A stretch of DNA of 64,000 bases from Syntrophales bacterium (GTDB lineage Bacteria > Desulfobacterota > Syntrophia > Syntrophales > JADFWA01), in contig JAUSPI010000213.1 of the NCBI GenBank assembly GCA_030655775.1, positions 263 to 64,262 on the forward strand, in the 5' to 3' direction. Position 1 is the stretch's first letter. Each line of letters begins with the position of its first letter. Position numbers and translations under genes: made by a program. The notes below the pieces were generated by a model, which did no database searches, was not told the DNA's origin, and saw only the letters and a list, made by a program, of their open reading frames with translations. Positions 52,038-61,310 of this stretch are shown in pieces.

Positions 52038-52670
52038 TTGGCAAGATATAGAGGATCTTTATGTAGATTATGTCGAAGAGAGAACTTGAAGCTCTTTCTC
52101 AAGGGGGACAGATGTTACGGTGATAAATGTGCCTTTGAAAGAAGAGGGTATGCCCCTGGGGAGCATGGGCAGACGAGGGATAGGCGAAAACATTCCGACT
52201 ATGGTGTCCAGTTAAGGGAAAAACAGAAACTTAAAAGGACGTTTGGACTTTTGGAGAAGCAGCTAAGAGGGTATTACAAGAAGGCAGATAGGCAAACCGG
52301 AGTAACGGGAACAATCCTGTTGATTCTGTTGGAAAGAAGACTTGACAATATTGTATACAGGATGGGTTTTGCGAGCTCCAGAGGTGAAGCAAGACAGCTT
52401 ATAAAACATAATCATTTTTTGGTAAATGACAGAAAAGTTAACATCCCATCATACCTGATAAGCGTTAGTGATGAGGTTCAGGTTAGAGAGAAGAGCAGGA
52501 AGATGTCGCGAATATTAGATTCGATGGGGACAGTTGCGAGACGGGGTATCCCTCAGTGGCTGGAATTGGATAAAGATAACTTTAAAGGTGTTGTAAAGAT
52601 GTTTCCTGTTCGGGAAGAATTAACCATGCCGATTCAGGAACGATTGGTAGTTGAGCTTTATTCTAAATAG
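52038..52670 (+). CDS. rpsD: 30S ribosomal protein S4
   Basis: TTG start after GGAGG; [25 protein letters not shown]. Confidence 0.98.
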   Translation: MARYRGSLCRLCRRENLKLFLKGDRCYGDKCAFERRGYAPGEHGQTRDRRKHSDYGVQLREKQKLKRTFGLLEKQLRGYYKKADRQTGVTGTILLILLERRLDNIVYRMGFASSRGEARQLIKHNHFLVNDRKVNIPSYLISVSDEVQVREKSRKMSRILDSMGTVARRGIPQWLELDKDNFKGVVKMFPVREELTMPIQERLVVELYSK

Positions 52671-52720
52671 CGTGATAACCACGTGACGGTTAAAGTGACT
52701 CTATATAGGAAGTATAAGAA

Positions 52721-53731
52721 ATGCAAAAAAACTGGCGTAGTTTAATACAGCCGAAGCGAATCGAAGTAGATGAAAAAACCCACACTCGACTTTATGGGGA
52801 ATTTACCTGTCAGCCTTTGGAAAGGGGTTTTGGCATTACTTTAGGTAACTCTCTTAGAAGAGTGTTGCTGTCTTCCATACAGGGAGCAGCTATTGTTTCT
52901 GTGAAGGTTGACGGAGTTCTTCACGAGTACTCTACGATTCCTGGGGTGAAAGATGATGCGACCGATCTTATTTTAAACCTTAAAGGCATCCGTTTAAAAC
53001 TTCATGAAGATGGACCCAGAGTTATACATATTGATGCTTCAGGGGAGGGAGTTATAACTGCGGGGGATATCATTACAGATGGAACTGTTGAGATAATGAA
53101 TCCGGATCATTATATTACAACCCTCTCGGCTGATGCTGTGTTTAAGGCAGAAATGGTCGTGAAGATGGGTCGAAGTTATGTTCCCGCTAAAAGGGAGAGG
53201 GACCCTGACCAACCGGAAGGCACTATAAATATTGATGCGTTATTTTCACCAATTAAAAGGGTAAACTATACGATAACCCATGCCAGGGTGGGGCAGGTTA
53301 CTGATTATGATAGGCTGATATTGGAGGTATGGACCGATGGGAGTATTTTACCAGAGGATGCCGTAGCTTATTCTGCAAAAATATTAAAGGAACAGCTCAG
53401 TATTTTTATAAATTTTGAAGAGGAAGAGGAAGAGCAGGAAGAACATAAAGAGATCGAGGAAAAGGGGAAAATCAATCAGAACTTGCACAGGAGTGTTGAT
53501 GAGTTGGAGCTTTCTGTAAGATCTGCAAACTGTTTAAAAAATGCCGGCATTACTCTTATTGGAGAACTTGTTCAGAAGACTGAGACTGAAATGCTTAAAA
53601 CCAAGAACTTTGGAAGGAAGTCCCTGAGTGAAATTAAGGAAATACTTGCTGAGATGGGACTTGGACTCGGTATCAAGGTAGATTTTAAACTGCCGGTAAA
53701 ATATGATGAAGAAGAAGCTAAAGAAGTATAG
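52721..53731 (+). CDS. rpoA: RNA polymerase alpha subunit
   Basis: [37 protein letters not shown]. Confidence 0.99.
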   Translation: MQKNWRSLIQPKRIEVDEKTHTRLYGEFTCQPLERGFGITLGNSLRRVLLSSIQGAAIVSVKVDGVLHEYSTIPGVKDDATDLILNLKGIRLKLHEDGPRVIHIDASGEGVITAGDIITDGTVEIMNPDHYITTLSADAVFKAEMVVKMGRSYVPAKRERDPDQPEGTINIDALFSPIKRVNYTITHARVGQVTDYDRLILEVWTDGSILPEDAVAYSAKILKEQLSIFINFEEEEEEQEEHKEIEEKGKINQNLHRSVDELELSVRSANCLKNAGITLIGELVQKTETEMLKTKNFGRKSLSEIKEILAEMGLGLGIKVDFKLPVKYDEEEAKEV

Positions 53732-53762
53732 TAGATTCATTAATTAGAAAGGAAGATGTTAA

Positions 53763-54140
53763 ATGCGTCACAGAAAGGCTGGGAGGAAGCTGGGTAGAAC
53801 CACGAGTCATAGAAAAGCGATGCTGAGAAATATTGTAACTTCCTTCATGAAGCATGAAAAGATCGTTACAACCGATGCCAAGGCAAAAGAGTTGAGGAAA
53901 ATTGCCGAAAAGATAATTACCTTAGGGAAAAATGACAGCCTCCACGCAAGAAGGCAGGTTCTGTCTTTTATAAGAGATCGGGCAGTTGTCAAAAAGCTTT
54001 TTGAAAAGCTGTCACCCCGTTACAGTGAAAGGGCTGGGGGTTATTCGAGAATAGTAAAGGTAGGTTACAGAGCAGGTGACAATGCCCCTATGTCTGTTAT
54101 TGAATTAATTTCAGAAGGAGACAAGAGACCCTCAAAGTAG
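53763..54140 (+). CDS. rplQ: 50S ribosomal protein L17
   Basis: [24 protein letters not shown]. Confidence 0.99.
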   Translation: MRHRKAGRKLGRTTSHRKAMLRNIVTSFMKHEKIVTTDAKAKELRKIAEKIITLGKNDSLHARRQVLSFIRDRAVVKKLFEKLSPRYSERAGGYSRIVKVGYRAGDNAPMSVIELISEGDKRPSK

Positions 54141-54195
54141 AGTTGGTACAGTACGTTTCAACCGCGGGAAAATAAGGAAATAAAAAAGTGTAAAA

Positions 54196-54233
54196 ATAAA
54201 AAGGCAAGGAATCTCACCCTTGCCTTTTTATTT
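54196..54233 (+). terminator. Rho-independent terminator after rplQ
   Basis: AATAAAAAGGCAAGG / CCTTGCCTTTTTATT stem with T tract. Confidence 0.85.
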
Positions 54234-54308
54234 GATCCATCAGTATCTTTTACGTTTTCCCTTGAAATTTTTCTTAAAAGAAATATAATAAGAAATCGTC
54301 AATACATA

Positions 54309-54391
54309 TAGACCTTTGAAAAACTGAAAAATATGGTTTTGAGGGTGAAAAAATGTTCTGAGTATTGAAAAACCATTTTTTCAATGCTTTC
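54309..54391. mobile_element. MITE (cargo-less, 83 bp)
   Basis: TAGACCTTTGAAAAA left end, degenerate right end, duplication ACATA (54304-54308, 54392-54396). Confidence 0.75.
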
Positions 54392-54493
54392 ACATAATGT
54401 ATTGATATATTGCGACATCTCGATGCATTTTAGAGAAGATTGTCTTATATCTTTTGAACCCTAATGTATGTGATGAGTAAGGGAGGATCAGTC

Positions 54494-54757
54494 ATGGCAG
54501 AGGAAAAAATTGGAGAGGTTGTTAAGTTTTTTGCTAAGCCAAGCGTTGCAGCGGTCAAGATTACTGATGGAGAGTTAAAAGTAGGTGATACGGTTAAGTT
54601 TACAGGTCATACCACTGATTTTGAAAGTAAAGTTGACTCAATGGAAATAGAAAACGAAAAAGCTGAAAAGGCAGTAACCGGTGATTATATCGGAATTAAG
54701 GTAACTGAGCGAGTTCGTCCTGGCGATGAGATGTTTAAGGTTGTATCAGAAGAATAA
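54494..54757 (+). CDS. Small stand-alone EF-Tu domain II-like beta-barrel protein (U32 peptidase C-terminal-like)
   Basis: IGEVVKFFAKPSVAAV...LKVGDTVKF.GHTTDF...VDSMEI...IGIKV.ERVRPGD; RBS GGAGG before the ATG at 54494. Confidence 0.8.
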   Translation: MAEEKIGEVVKFFAKPSVAAVKITDGELKVGDTVKFTGHTTDFESKVDSMEIENEKAEKAVTGDYIGIKVTERVRPGDEMFKVVSEE

Positions 54758-54998
54758 TTTGATGATGAGTTCATGGCGAAAGTCCAAAGGCGGTCAACTT
54801 AGAGTTGGCTAAGGAATTGATATTTAGAACAACCCACAGTGATCCTTATATTAACTTTTCCTGATCCATCTAAAAATCCAAGATTAATTTCTTAAATCGG
54901 AAATTTTCGGATTGAGGGTCATATTTTAAAATATAGTTAAGGGAAAGTGAATTTTGGCCAACATCTCTCCTGTTAAAAGTCTGGTTATTTGATAAGGT

Positions 54999-55129
54999 GA
55001 GACCTTTGAATTTTGCCATAAATAGCCTGAATGGTCATTCCCGTGCAAACGGGAATCCAGTATTTTAAACTTGTTATGGATTCCCACTTTCGTGGGAATG
55101 ACAGAAAGGGGGCGTTTTGCAAAGCTCTC
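54999..55129. mobile_element. MITE with dRS3-like cargo
   Basis: TIR GAGACCTTTG / GCAAAGCTCTC; duplication AAGGT; two ATTCCC-N8-GGGAAT units (55037-55056, 55080-55099). Confidence 0.85.
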
Positions 55130-55340
55130 AAGGTAGGGAGGTTGGGGAGCTATTTGTGTTTGTAGCTGCCTGAAACTGTGAGTCGGTGGCTTGATTTTTC
55201 TTTTGACGTTGTTATTTTTGTAAAAAATGTATAGCGAGCGAATTTAATAAAATTACTCTTTAATGCTTCGAAGAGCCCCCGCAGTGAGCTTATGGAAACT
55301 TCAATTTTTTATCCTAAAAAGCGTTAAAAGGAATCATTAT

Positions 55341-56117
55341 ATGGATATAAGGGTATTAGGTTGTCACGGATCCAAGCTCCCCGGCTACAATACTACGTGT
55401 TTTTTGTTGGATGAAGAAATTTTACTCGATGCCGGCACAATAACTTCTGTGTTGTCATTGGAAGAACAAATTAAGATAGAACATGTTCTTGTAACTCACG
55501 CTCATCTTGATCATGTCTGTGATATAATGTTTCTGGCGGATAATCTTTATTATAGCAAAAAAGAATATCCGGCAATTAGAGTCTTAAGTACACAGGGAGT
55601 TATTGATGCACTGAGAGCAAACCTTTTTAATAACATTATATGGCCTGATTTTTCATCGATTCCAACTCCGGAGAAACCTCTTCTTAAATTTGAGACAGTC
55701 CAATTGGGTGTAAGATTCCAGCTTAATAATCTTACGATTACTTCTGTCAGAGTCAATCATCCTGTTGAGACAATCGGGTATGTGATAGAATCTGAAAAAA
55801 GTGGTTCATTTGTCTTTATAGGAGATACCGGTCCGACTGAGGATGTTTGGGAAGTTGCACGGAAGCTCAAAAATTTGAAAGCCGTATTTGTTGAAGTATC
55901 ACTTCCCAATAGCATGGAGGATATTGCGGATGTTACCGGTCATCTTACACCTGTCAGTCTCGGTCGTGAATTAAAGAAATTGGGCGCTATAACACCAGAT
56001 ATTTATCTTTACCATATGAAACCACAGTATGAAGAAACCATTAGAAAAGAGATAGATTTGATAGAGAACAAAGATATTCACATCCTGAGCGAAGGAGAAG
56101 TGATAAAAATTGGGTAA
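55341..56117 (+). CDS. Class II 3',5'-cyclic-nucleotide phosphodiesterase (metallo-beta-lactamase fold)
   Basis: IRVLGCHG, LLDAG, THAHLDH, VNHPV, GDTGPT, HLTP, YHMKP; start MDIRV at 55341. Confidence 0.88.
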   Translation: MDIRVLGCHGSKLPGYNTTCFLLDEEILLDAGTITSVLSLEEQIKIEHVLVTHAHLDHVCDIMFLADNLYYSKKEYPAIRVLSTQGVIDALRANLFNNIIWPDFSSIPTPEKPLLKFETVQLGVRFQLNNLTITSVRVNHPVETIGYVIESEKSGSFVFIGDTGPTEDVWEVARKLKNLKAVFVEVSLPNSMEDIADVTGHLTPVSLGRELKKLGAITPDIYLYHMKPQYEETIRKEIDLIENKDIHILSEGEVIKIG

Positions 56118-56146
56118 ACATTCAGCCCCCTAGCGGTCAGTGTTAA

Positions 56147-56195
56147 GTGAAGTTCCCGCCCACAGGGCGGGGCGTGCGGGGTGCGCCTCCGGTCA
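56147..56195 (-). mobile_element. Minimal single-hairpin IS200/IS605-type element
   Basis: Reverse complement TGACCGGAGGCGCACCCCGCACGCCCCGCCCTGTGGGCGGGAACTTCAC equals the left end of 14418 fused to its right hairpin. Confidence 0.65.
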
Positions 56196-56312
56196 AAACA
56201 CCATTTGTCTTAACTTTTAAGCTTTGTGTTTCAAATTAATTCCTTCTAAAACTTGTGCTACAACTTAACCCTGAGATTGAAAGGTTATCTGAGCGCTGAA
56301 AGCTGAAAATAA

Positions 56313-57632
56313 ATGACATCGCAAAATCCCTTTGAATACCTTTCCGGATTGAGAGATAAGGGAATACATTTGAGTCTTGTTCCTGTCTCCCAACTCCTTG
56401 ACCGATTAAATAATCCCCAGGAAAAATACAAAACAGTTTTAGTTGGCGGAACCAATGGTAAGGGTTCAATCGCAGCGATGATTTCCTCTATTCTCCTGGA
56501 AGGGGGAGTAAAAGTTGGCCTTTATACTTCACCTCATCTTATTAATATCAATGAGCGTATAAGGGTAAACAACCGTATGATATCGGTGGAGGAACTCTCC
56601 GGACTGATCGAAAAGGTGCGTGGAGAGCTTCAAGGGGATATAACCTATTTTGAATTTGTTACGGCTTTGGCTTTTCTCCATTTTTTCCGAAACGGTGTGG
56701 ATGTGGCTGTTTTAGAGGTTGGAATGGGTGGAAGACTTGATGCGACAAATGTTGTGATACCGGAAGTGTCCGTGATATCCAATGTCTCTTTGGAGCATGT
56801 GAAGTATCTTGGCAGTAATTTGGGAGCAATTGCCCGGGAAAAGGGAGGAATTATCAAGAATGGAGGTATATGCATTACGGGTGCGAAAGAGAAGAGCGTC
56901 TTGAAGGTGTTGGAGAATATATGTAGCGAACGAGAGGCAAGACTGTACCGGTTAGGGAAAGACGTGAAAGTTAGAGCAGTGAAAGCTCTCCGGCTTGAAG
57001 AAACTTATGCGCCAGAGTTGAACACCTTCTCTTATAAAGGGATTAAAAAAGATTATCGAAACCTTGTTTGCCCCTTGATAGGAAGGCATCAGATAGAAAA
57101 TGCCGCCGTGGCTCTTGGAACGATGGAGCTCCTGGCGGCTAAAGGTTTTGGTGTTGATGATAGTGCAGTAATGCGTGGTTTGAGAAATGTACGATGGGAA
57201 GGGAGATTAGAGGTGCTTCAGAATTCTCCCATGCTGGTTGTGGATGGTGCCCACAATCCGGCCGGGGCATCTGCTCTTCGCAGTGCGTTGAGGGATAAGT
57301 TTTCCTATAAGAAATTAATTCTCCTGTTCGGTGTACTTGGTGACAAGGATTACAGGATGATGCTGAAAAAATTGGCCCCTCTTGCCGATAAACTTATCCT
57401 CACAAAGCCAAAAGAGAAAAGAAGCTTGCATTTGATGGATATATTGCCCGTTGCAAAGATGTATGTTAATAGTGTAGACATTATTGAAGATTCCGGCCGG
57501 GCTCTTTCGCGGGCTTTTGCTCTTGCCGAAAAAGATGATCTTATCTGTGTGACCGGTTCCCTTTTTCTTGTTGGAGAGATAAAGAGATGCTGGAACCAGA
57601 AGTCAGGAGTCAGAAGTCAGGAGTCAGAATGA
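56313..57632 (+). CDS. folC: Folylpolyglutamate synthase / dihydrofolate synthase
   Basis: VGGTNGKGS, YTSPHL, EVGMGGRLDATN, WEGRLE, DGAHNPAG, VTGSLFLVG. Confidence 0.96.
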   Translation: MTSQNPFEYLSGLRDKGIHLSLVPVSQLLDRLNNPQEKYKTVLVGGTNGKGSIAAMISSILLEGGVKVGLYTSPHLININERIRVNNRMISVEELSGLIEKVRGELQGDITYFEFVTALAFLHFFRNGVDVAVLEVGMGGRLDATNVVIPEVSVISNVSLEHVKYLGSNLGAIAREKGGIIKNGGICITGAKEKSVLKVLENICSEREARLYRLGKDVKVRAVKALRLEETYAPELNTFSYKGIKKDYRNLVCPLIGRHQIENAAVALGTMELLAAKGFGVDDSAVMRGLRNVRWEGRLEVLQNSPMLVVDGAHNPAGASALRSALRDKFSYKKLILLFGVLGDKDYRMMLKKLAPLADKLILTKPKEKRSLHLMDILPVAKMYVNSVDIIEDSGRALSRAFALAEKDDLICVTGSLFLVGEIKRCWNQKSGVRSQESE

Positions 57633-57673
57633 GAAAAACATCCTTTTTATTCTGTATTCTGACTCCTGACTTC
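57598..57673. repeat. Inverted heptamer array overlapping the folC 3' end
   Basis: (AGTCAGG AGTCAGA)x2; perfect 18-bp inverted repeat GAAGTCAGGAGTCAGAAT (57613-57630) / ATTCTGACTCCTGACTTC (57656-57673); a related array lies at about 51070-51125. Confidence 0.8.
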
Positions 57674-57731
57674 TTTTTTTCATGCTTCGTTGCAGCCGAT
57701 CGGGCATGAAAGTTATTGGGAATGATATAAG

Positions 57732-59999
57732 ATGAGAAAAGTATGTTTATTAATTTTCCTCCTATTGTTTTTATTTCAGGTTGATTTTGCCCTTGCTTTT
57801 GAAAGGAAAACACAAAAAGGGCCGGTTAATATAGAAGCTGACAGTGTCGCCTATAACAAGGATACTGATACATATAGTGCGAAGGGAAACGTTGTCATCA
57901 CATTCACCGGCGGTTTTCTCAAGGCTGATTATGTAGACTTGAATAAGACGACAGGTGATGCCGAGGCTTTCGGGAATGTTTATGTCAAAAGTGATGATGA
58001 TATACTTGAGGGAGACAAGGTTAAATTTAATATTACTTCAAAAACGGGTATTGTCTACGAGGGAAAGCTGTTCTTTGCAAAGAATCATTTTTATATAAAT
58101 GGGAAAGAGATTGAGAAGACAGGGGAGGCCACCTATCATCTCAAAGATGCGACGGCAACCACCTGTGACGGAGATTGGCCGGCATGGAGATTCACAGGAA
58201 AAGAGCTTGATGTGACCATTGATGGTTACGGTACGGTGAAACATGGCACCTTTCAGGTAAAAAACTTTCCCTTCTTGTATATGCCGTATATGATATTTCC
58301 AGCGAAGACAACACGGCAATCAGGTTTCCTGCCACCCCGTATTTCACAATCGAGCAAACATGGGTGGGACATAGAACTTCCACTCTACTGGGCAATTTCA
58401 GAGAGTGCGGATGCTACATTTTATCAACGTTACATGGATAAAAATGGATTAAAAGAGGGCGTTGAATTAAGGTACTTTATAAGCAAGGATTCATACGGCA
58501 CCTTTTATGCCGACTATCTAAAAGATGAAAAAACCGGGGAAATGGCCGAAGATGAGGGTTTAAGCCGGAACTGGCAGGAAAAACAGGAAAGATGGTCATA
58601 TTACCTGAATCATGAGACCACTTTCAGCCCTGGTTTTTACTTTAGAACAGATATAAGAAGGGTTTCCGATAACTGGTACTTCAGAGATTTCTCCGATTCT
58701 AACTACTATCTGGATAATTATTCTGAAACAGGGGAACGCAGGTTTAGTAAAGTCTCGTTTATGGGTGATAATTCCCTCGCTTCGCTGGACTCGACTGCCC
58801 GTCTTGTTAAGGATTGGAACTTGTTTAATCTTACCGCCCTTGTTCAGTACACTGATAATTTTGCCAGTTATGACAACAATTCAACACTGCAAAAATATCC
58901 TGAAATAACCTTTACCGGCGTTAACCAGCCTATCATGGACACGCCACTCAACTTTGCCCTCGATTCTTCGTTTAATAATTATCAGAGAACCGAGGATGAC
59001 CATGGACAACTTTACGATATTCACCCCACGTTTTCTTTACCGCTCAACTTTGGTGATTATCTCGATTTTACCCCATCGATAGGATTGAGAGAAACTGTCT
59101 GGGATGCCAGTGAGTTAGAGGGGGCAAATAAAGAGCAGCAAGAGGAGAATGGGGGCAGGGAGCTATACAATGTAGGGGCGGCGCTTTCCACGGAAGTTCA
59201 AAGAATATTTGATATAGGTGGTGAAACTGTTGATAAAATACGGCACGGAATTAAACCGGAATTGACATATACTTACATTCCCTATGTATATCAGAGTGAT
59301 CTTCCGGATTTCGTAGCGGCGGTAAGTGAGACAAACAGCGTAACCTATTCACTGACCAATAGTTTCATGGCCAGGTTGAAAAATACAGACAAAAATACAG
59401 ACAAGAGTGAAGACAAAAGTAAAGATAAAAGTGAAGATAAAAGTGAAGACGGGGGTATAAGTTACAGGGAATTTCTCCTCGTCAAGCTGAGTCAGGCATA
59501 CGATATAAGAGAACAAAGAAAGCATCGCGGTAGTCTCACGACCGAAAAGAGACCATTCGGCAATGTGGATATGGAACTCAAGTTTGACCCTTTTCAATAT
59601 CTTACCTTTGATGCGGATACCAGCTTCAACGTTGACTCGGGCGAGTGGGAAAAGACAAACTATGATCTTAGCGTAAGTGACTGGCGTGGTGATTCCGCCA
59701 CTATCGGATATAGATATACGCAAAAGTCTTTAGAAGAGATAAATGTTTTACTGAATGCAAAGATTACCGATTCCCTTGATCTTATATATGTTCTCCGAAG
59801 GGACGAGCTGAATAATATCTATCACGAAACAACATACGGCCTGGAATATCAAAGGCAATGCTGGAGCGTTCAAGCCACCTATTCTGACGATGATAATGAC
59901 AGGGTATGGATGGTAGTTTTCTCCCTTTACGGGCTGGGGAAGGTCGGAAGAGCGACAGCTAGACCTAAAGCCATGCGCAGTATAACCGGGCGGCAATAA
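57732..59999 (+). CDS. lptD: LPS-assembly protein LptD
   Basis: Signal peptide; OstA-like N-domain (NIEADSVAY...AKGNV), ATTCDG..PAW, RQSGFLPP, QRQCW near the C-terminus. Confidence 0.9.
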   Translation: MRKVCLLIFLLLFLFQVDFALAFERKTQKGPVNIEADSVAYNKDTDTYSAKGNVVITFTGGFLKADYVDLNKTTGDAEAFGNVYVKSDDDILEGDKVKFNITSKTGIVYEGKLFFAKNHFYINGKEIEKTGEATYHLKDATATTCDGDWPAWRFTGKELDVTIDGYGTVKHGTFQVKNFPFLYMPYMIFPAKTTRQSGFLPPRISQSSKHGWDIELPLYWAISESADATFYQRYMDKNGLKEGVELRYFISKDSYGTFYADYLKDEKTGEMAEDEGLSRNWQEKQERWSYYLNHETTFSPGFYFRTDIRRVSDNWYFRDFSDSNYYLDNYSETGERRFSKVSFMGDNSLASLDSTARLVKDWNLFNLTALVQYTDNFASYDNNSTLQKYPEITFTGVNQPIMDTPLNFALDSSFNNYQRTEDDHGQLYDIHPTFSLPLNFGDYLDFTPSIGLRETVWDASELEGANKEQQEENGGRELYNVGAALSTEVQRIFDIGGETVDKIRHGIKPELTYTYIPYVYQSDLPDFVAAVSETNSVTYSLTNSFMARLKNTDKNTDKSEDKSKDKSEDKSEDGGISYREFLLVKLSQAYDIREQRKHRGSLTTEKRPFGNVDMELKFDPFQYLTFDADTSFNVDSGEWEKTNYDLSVSDWRGDSATIGYRYTQKSLEEINVLLNAKITDSLDLIYVLRRDELNNIYHETTYGLEYQRQCWSVQATYSDDDNDRVWMVVFSLYGLGKVGRATARPKAMRSITGRQ

Positions 60000-60016
60000 A
60001 AAAATTGGTTTTTAAC

Positions 60017-60045
60017 TTGACAAACGTGCTTAAATTGCGTACCTT
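60017..60045 (+). promoter_or_regulatory. Sigma70-type promoter of rplM-rpsI
   Basis: TTGACA (60017-60022), 17 nt, TACCTT (60040-60045). Confidence 0.6.
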
Positions 60046-60084
60046 TCTTTTTTTAAATTTTCAGACTTTGGGTGGTTTTATTTT

Positions 60085-60513
60085 ATGAAGACATATAGTG
60101 CTAAAAAAGAAGATATTGTAAAAGACTGGTATCTGATTGATGCGGAGGGGAAAATACTTGGAAGGCTTGCAAGTGAAATAGCTAAGCGTTTGAGGGGCAA
60201 GCATAAACCTGTTTACACGCCACATGTTGATACGGGAGATTTTATAGTAGTTGTAAATGCCGGGAAAGTTTCTCTTACCGGCAAGAAATTAACTGATAAG
60301 ATATATTATCATCACTCCGGTTATCCGGGAGGAATAAAAGCTGTTACTGCCGGAAAGTTGTTGAAGGAAAAGCCGGAGAGGGTATTGCGCATGGCGGTAA
60401 AGGGCATGCTTCCGAAAAACTCTTTGGGCAGACAAATGCTTAAAAAGCTGAAGATATATTCTACCAGCGAACACCCCCATGAAGCCCAAACCCCCAGATT
60501 ACTGGAACTGTAA
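60085..60513 (+). CDS. rplM: 50S ribosomal protein L13
   Basis: [38 protein letters not shown]. Confidence 0.99.
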   Translation: MKTYSAKKEDIVKDWYLIDAEGKILGRLASEIAKRLRGKHKPVYTPHVDTGDFIVVVNAGKVSLTGKKLTDKIYYHHSGYPGGIKAVTAGKLLKEKPERVLRMAVKGMLPKNSLGRQMLKKLKIYSTSEHPHEAQTPRLLEL

Positions 60514-60518
60514 GTTTG

Positions 60519-60667
60519 TTGTAACTACTCAGGTAGGAGTAGTTACAAGACACAAAGTACCAAAGGTTCAAAGGCACAAAGAAAGAAAAGAAAAACAGTT
60601 TTATTGGTTCTATTGGTCAACCAATGGAACATATTTACTCTGTGCCTTTGACACTGAGTAGTTACAA
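60519..60667. repeat. GTAACTACTCA-type palindromic element between rplM and rpsI
   Basis: TTGTAACTACTCA / TGAGTAGTTACAA terminal inverted repeat; the first ~50 bp match 50501-50551. Confidence 0.75.
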
Positions 60668-60705
60668 TTTGTAAATATTATGAGAATTATGTGCAGGAGA
60701 TAAAT

Positions 60706-61098
60706 ATGACAGAGAAACGTTATTATGCGACAGGAAAGAGAAAAACCGCTATAGCAAGGGTGTGGATGAAGGAGGGAAGTGGCACTCTTGTTGTAAACAA
60801 GAGGGATTTTGATGAATATTTTACCGGAGACAACTCCAAGATGCTGATTAAGCAACCCCTTGAGGTTACCGGACAGATGAGTAAGTTTGATTTTTATATT
60901 AATGTTCGTGGCGGGGGTATTTCGGGACAGGCCGGTGCAATTAAACATGGCATTTCTAAAGCACTCCTGGAGTACGATGCCGCACTGAGGCCGGTTCTAA
61001 AACAGGCGGGATTCCTGACAAGAGATTCTCGCATAAAGGAGCGGAAGAAGTACGGGCAACCCGGGGCGAGGAAAAGGTTTCAGTTTTCCAAAAGATAA
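60706..61098 (+). CDS. rpsI: 30S ribosomal protein S9
   Basis: [29 protein letters not shown]...[10 protein letters not shown]. Confidence 0.99.
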   Translation: MTEKRYYATGKRKTAIARVWMKEGSGTLVVNKRDFDEYFTGDNSKMLIKQPLEVTGQMSKFDFYINVRGGGISGQAGAIKHGISKALLEYDAALRPVLKQAGFLTRDSRIKERKKYGQPGARKRFQFSKR

Positions 61099-61109
61099 TA
61101 TTGGTGAGG

Positions 61110-61134
61110 AGGGGGGCTATGGCCTCCCTTTTTT
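61110..61134 (+). terminator. Rho-independent terminator after rpsI
   Basis: AGGGGGGC-TATG-GCCTCCCT stem-loop followed by a T run. Confidence 0.75.
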
Positions 61135-61310
61135 GTATATAAGGAAATATTGTAACAGTTTACGGTGTTCGGCTATCAGTGTCCAGAAAAAAACCGGCAA
61201 TGTCGGCAAGGTATTTCATTCGAAGATGGGTGGAGGCCCGTGAAGATTGGCTGTAATTTTCTGGAGAGAATATCCGACTGCTGATTCCTGTGAATTATTG
61301 AGGACTTGTC

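Noticed and set aside
54765-54965. Possible further MITE between the mini-protein and the 54999 MITE
   Set aside because: The ends are only weakly complementary and no target duplication could be identified.
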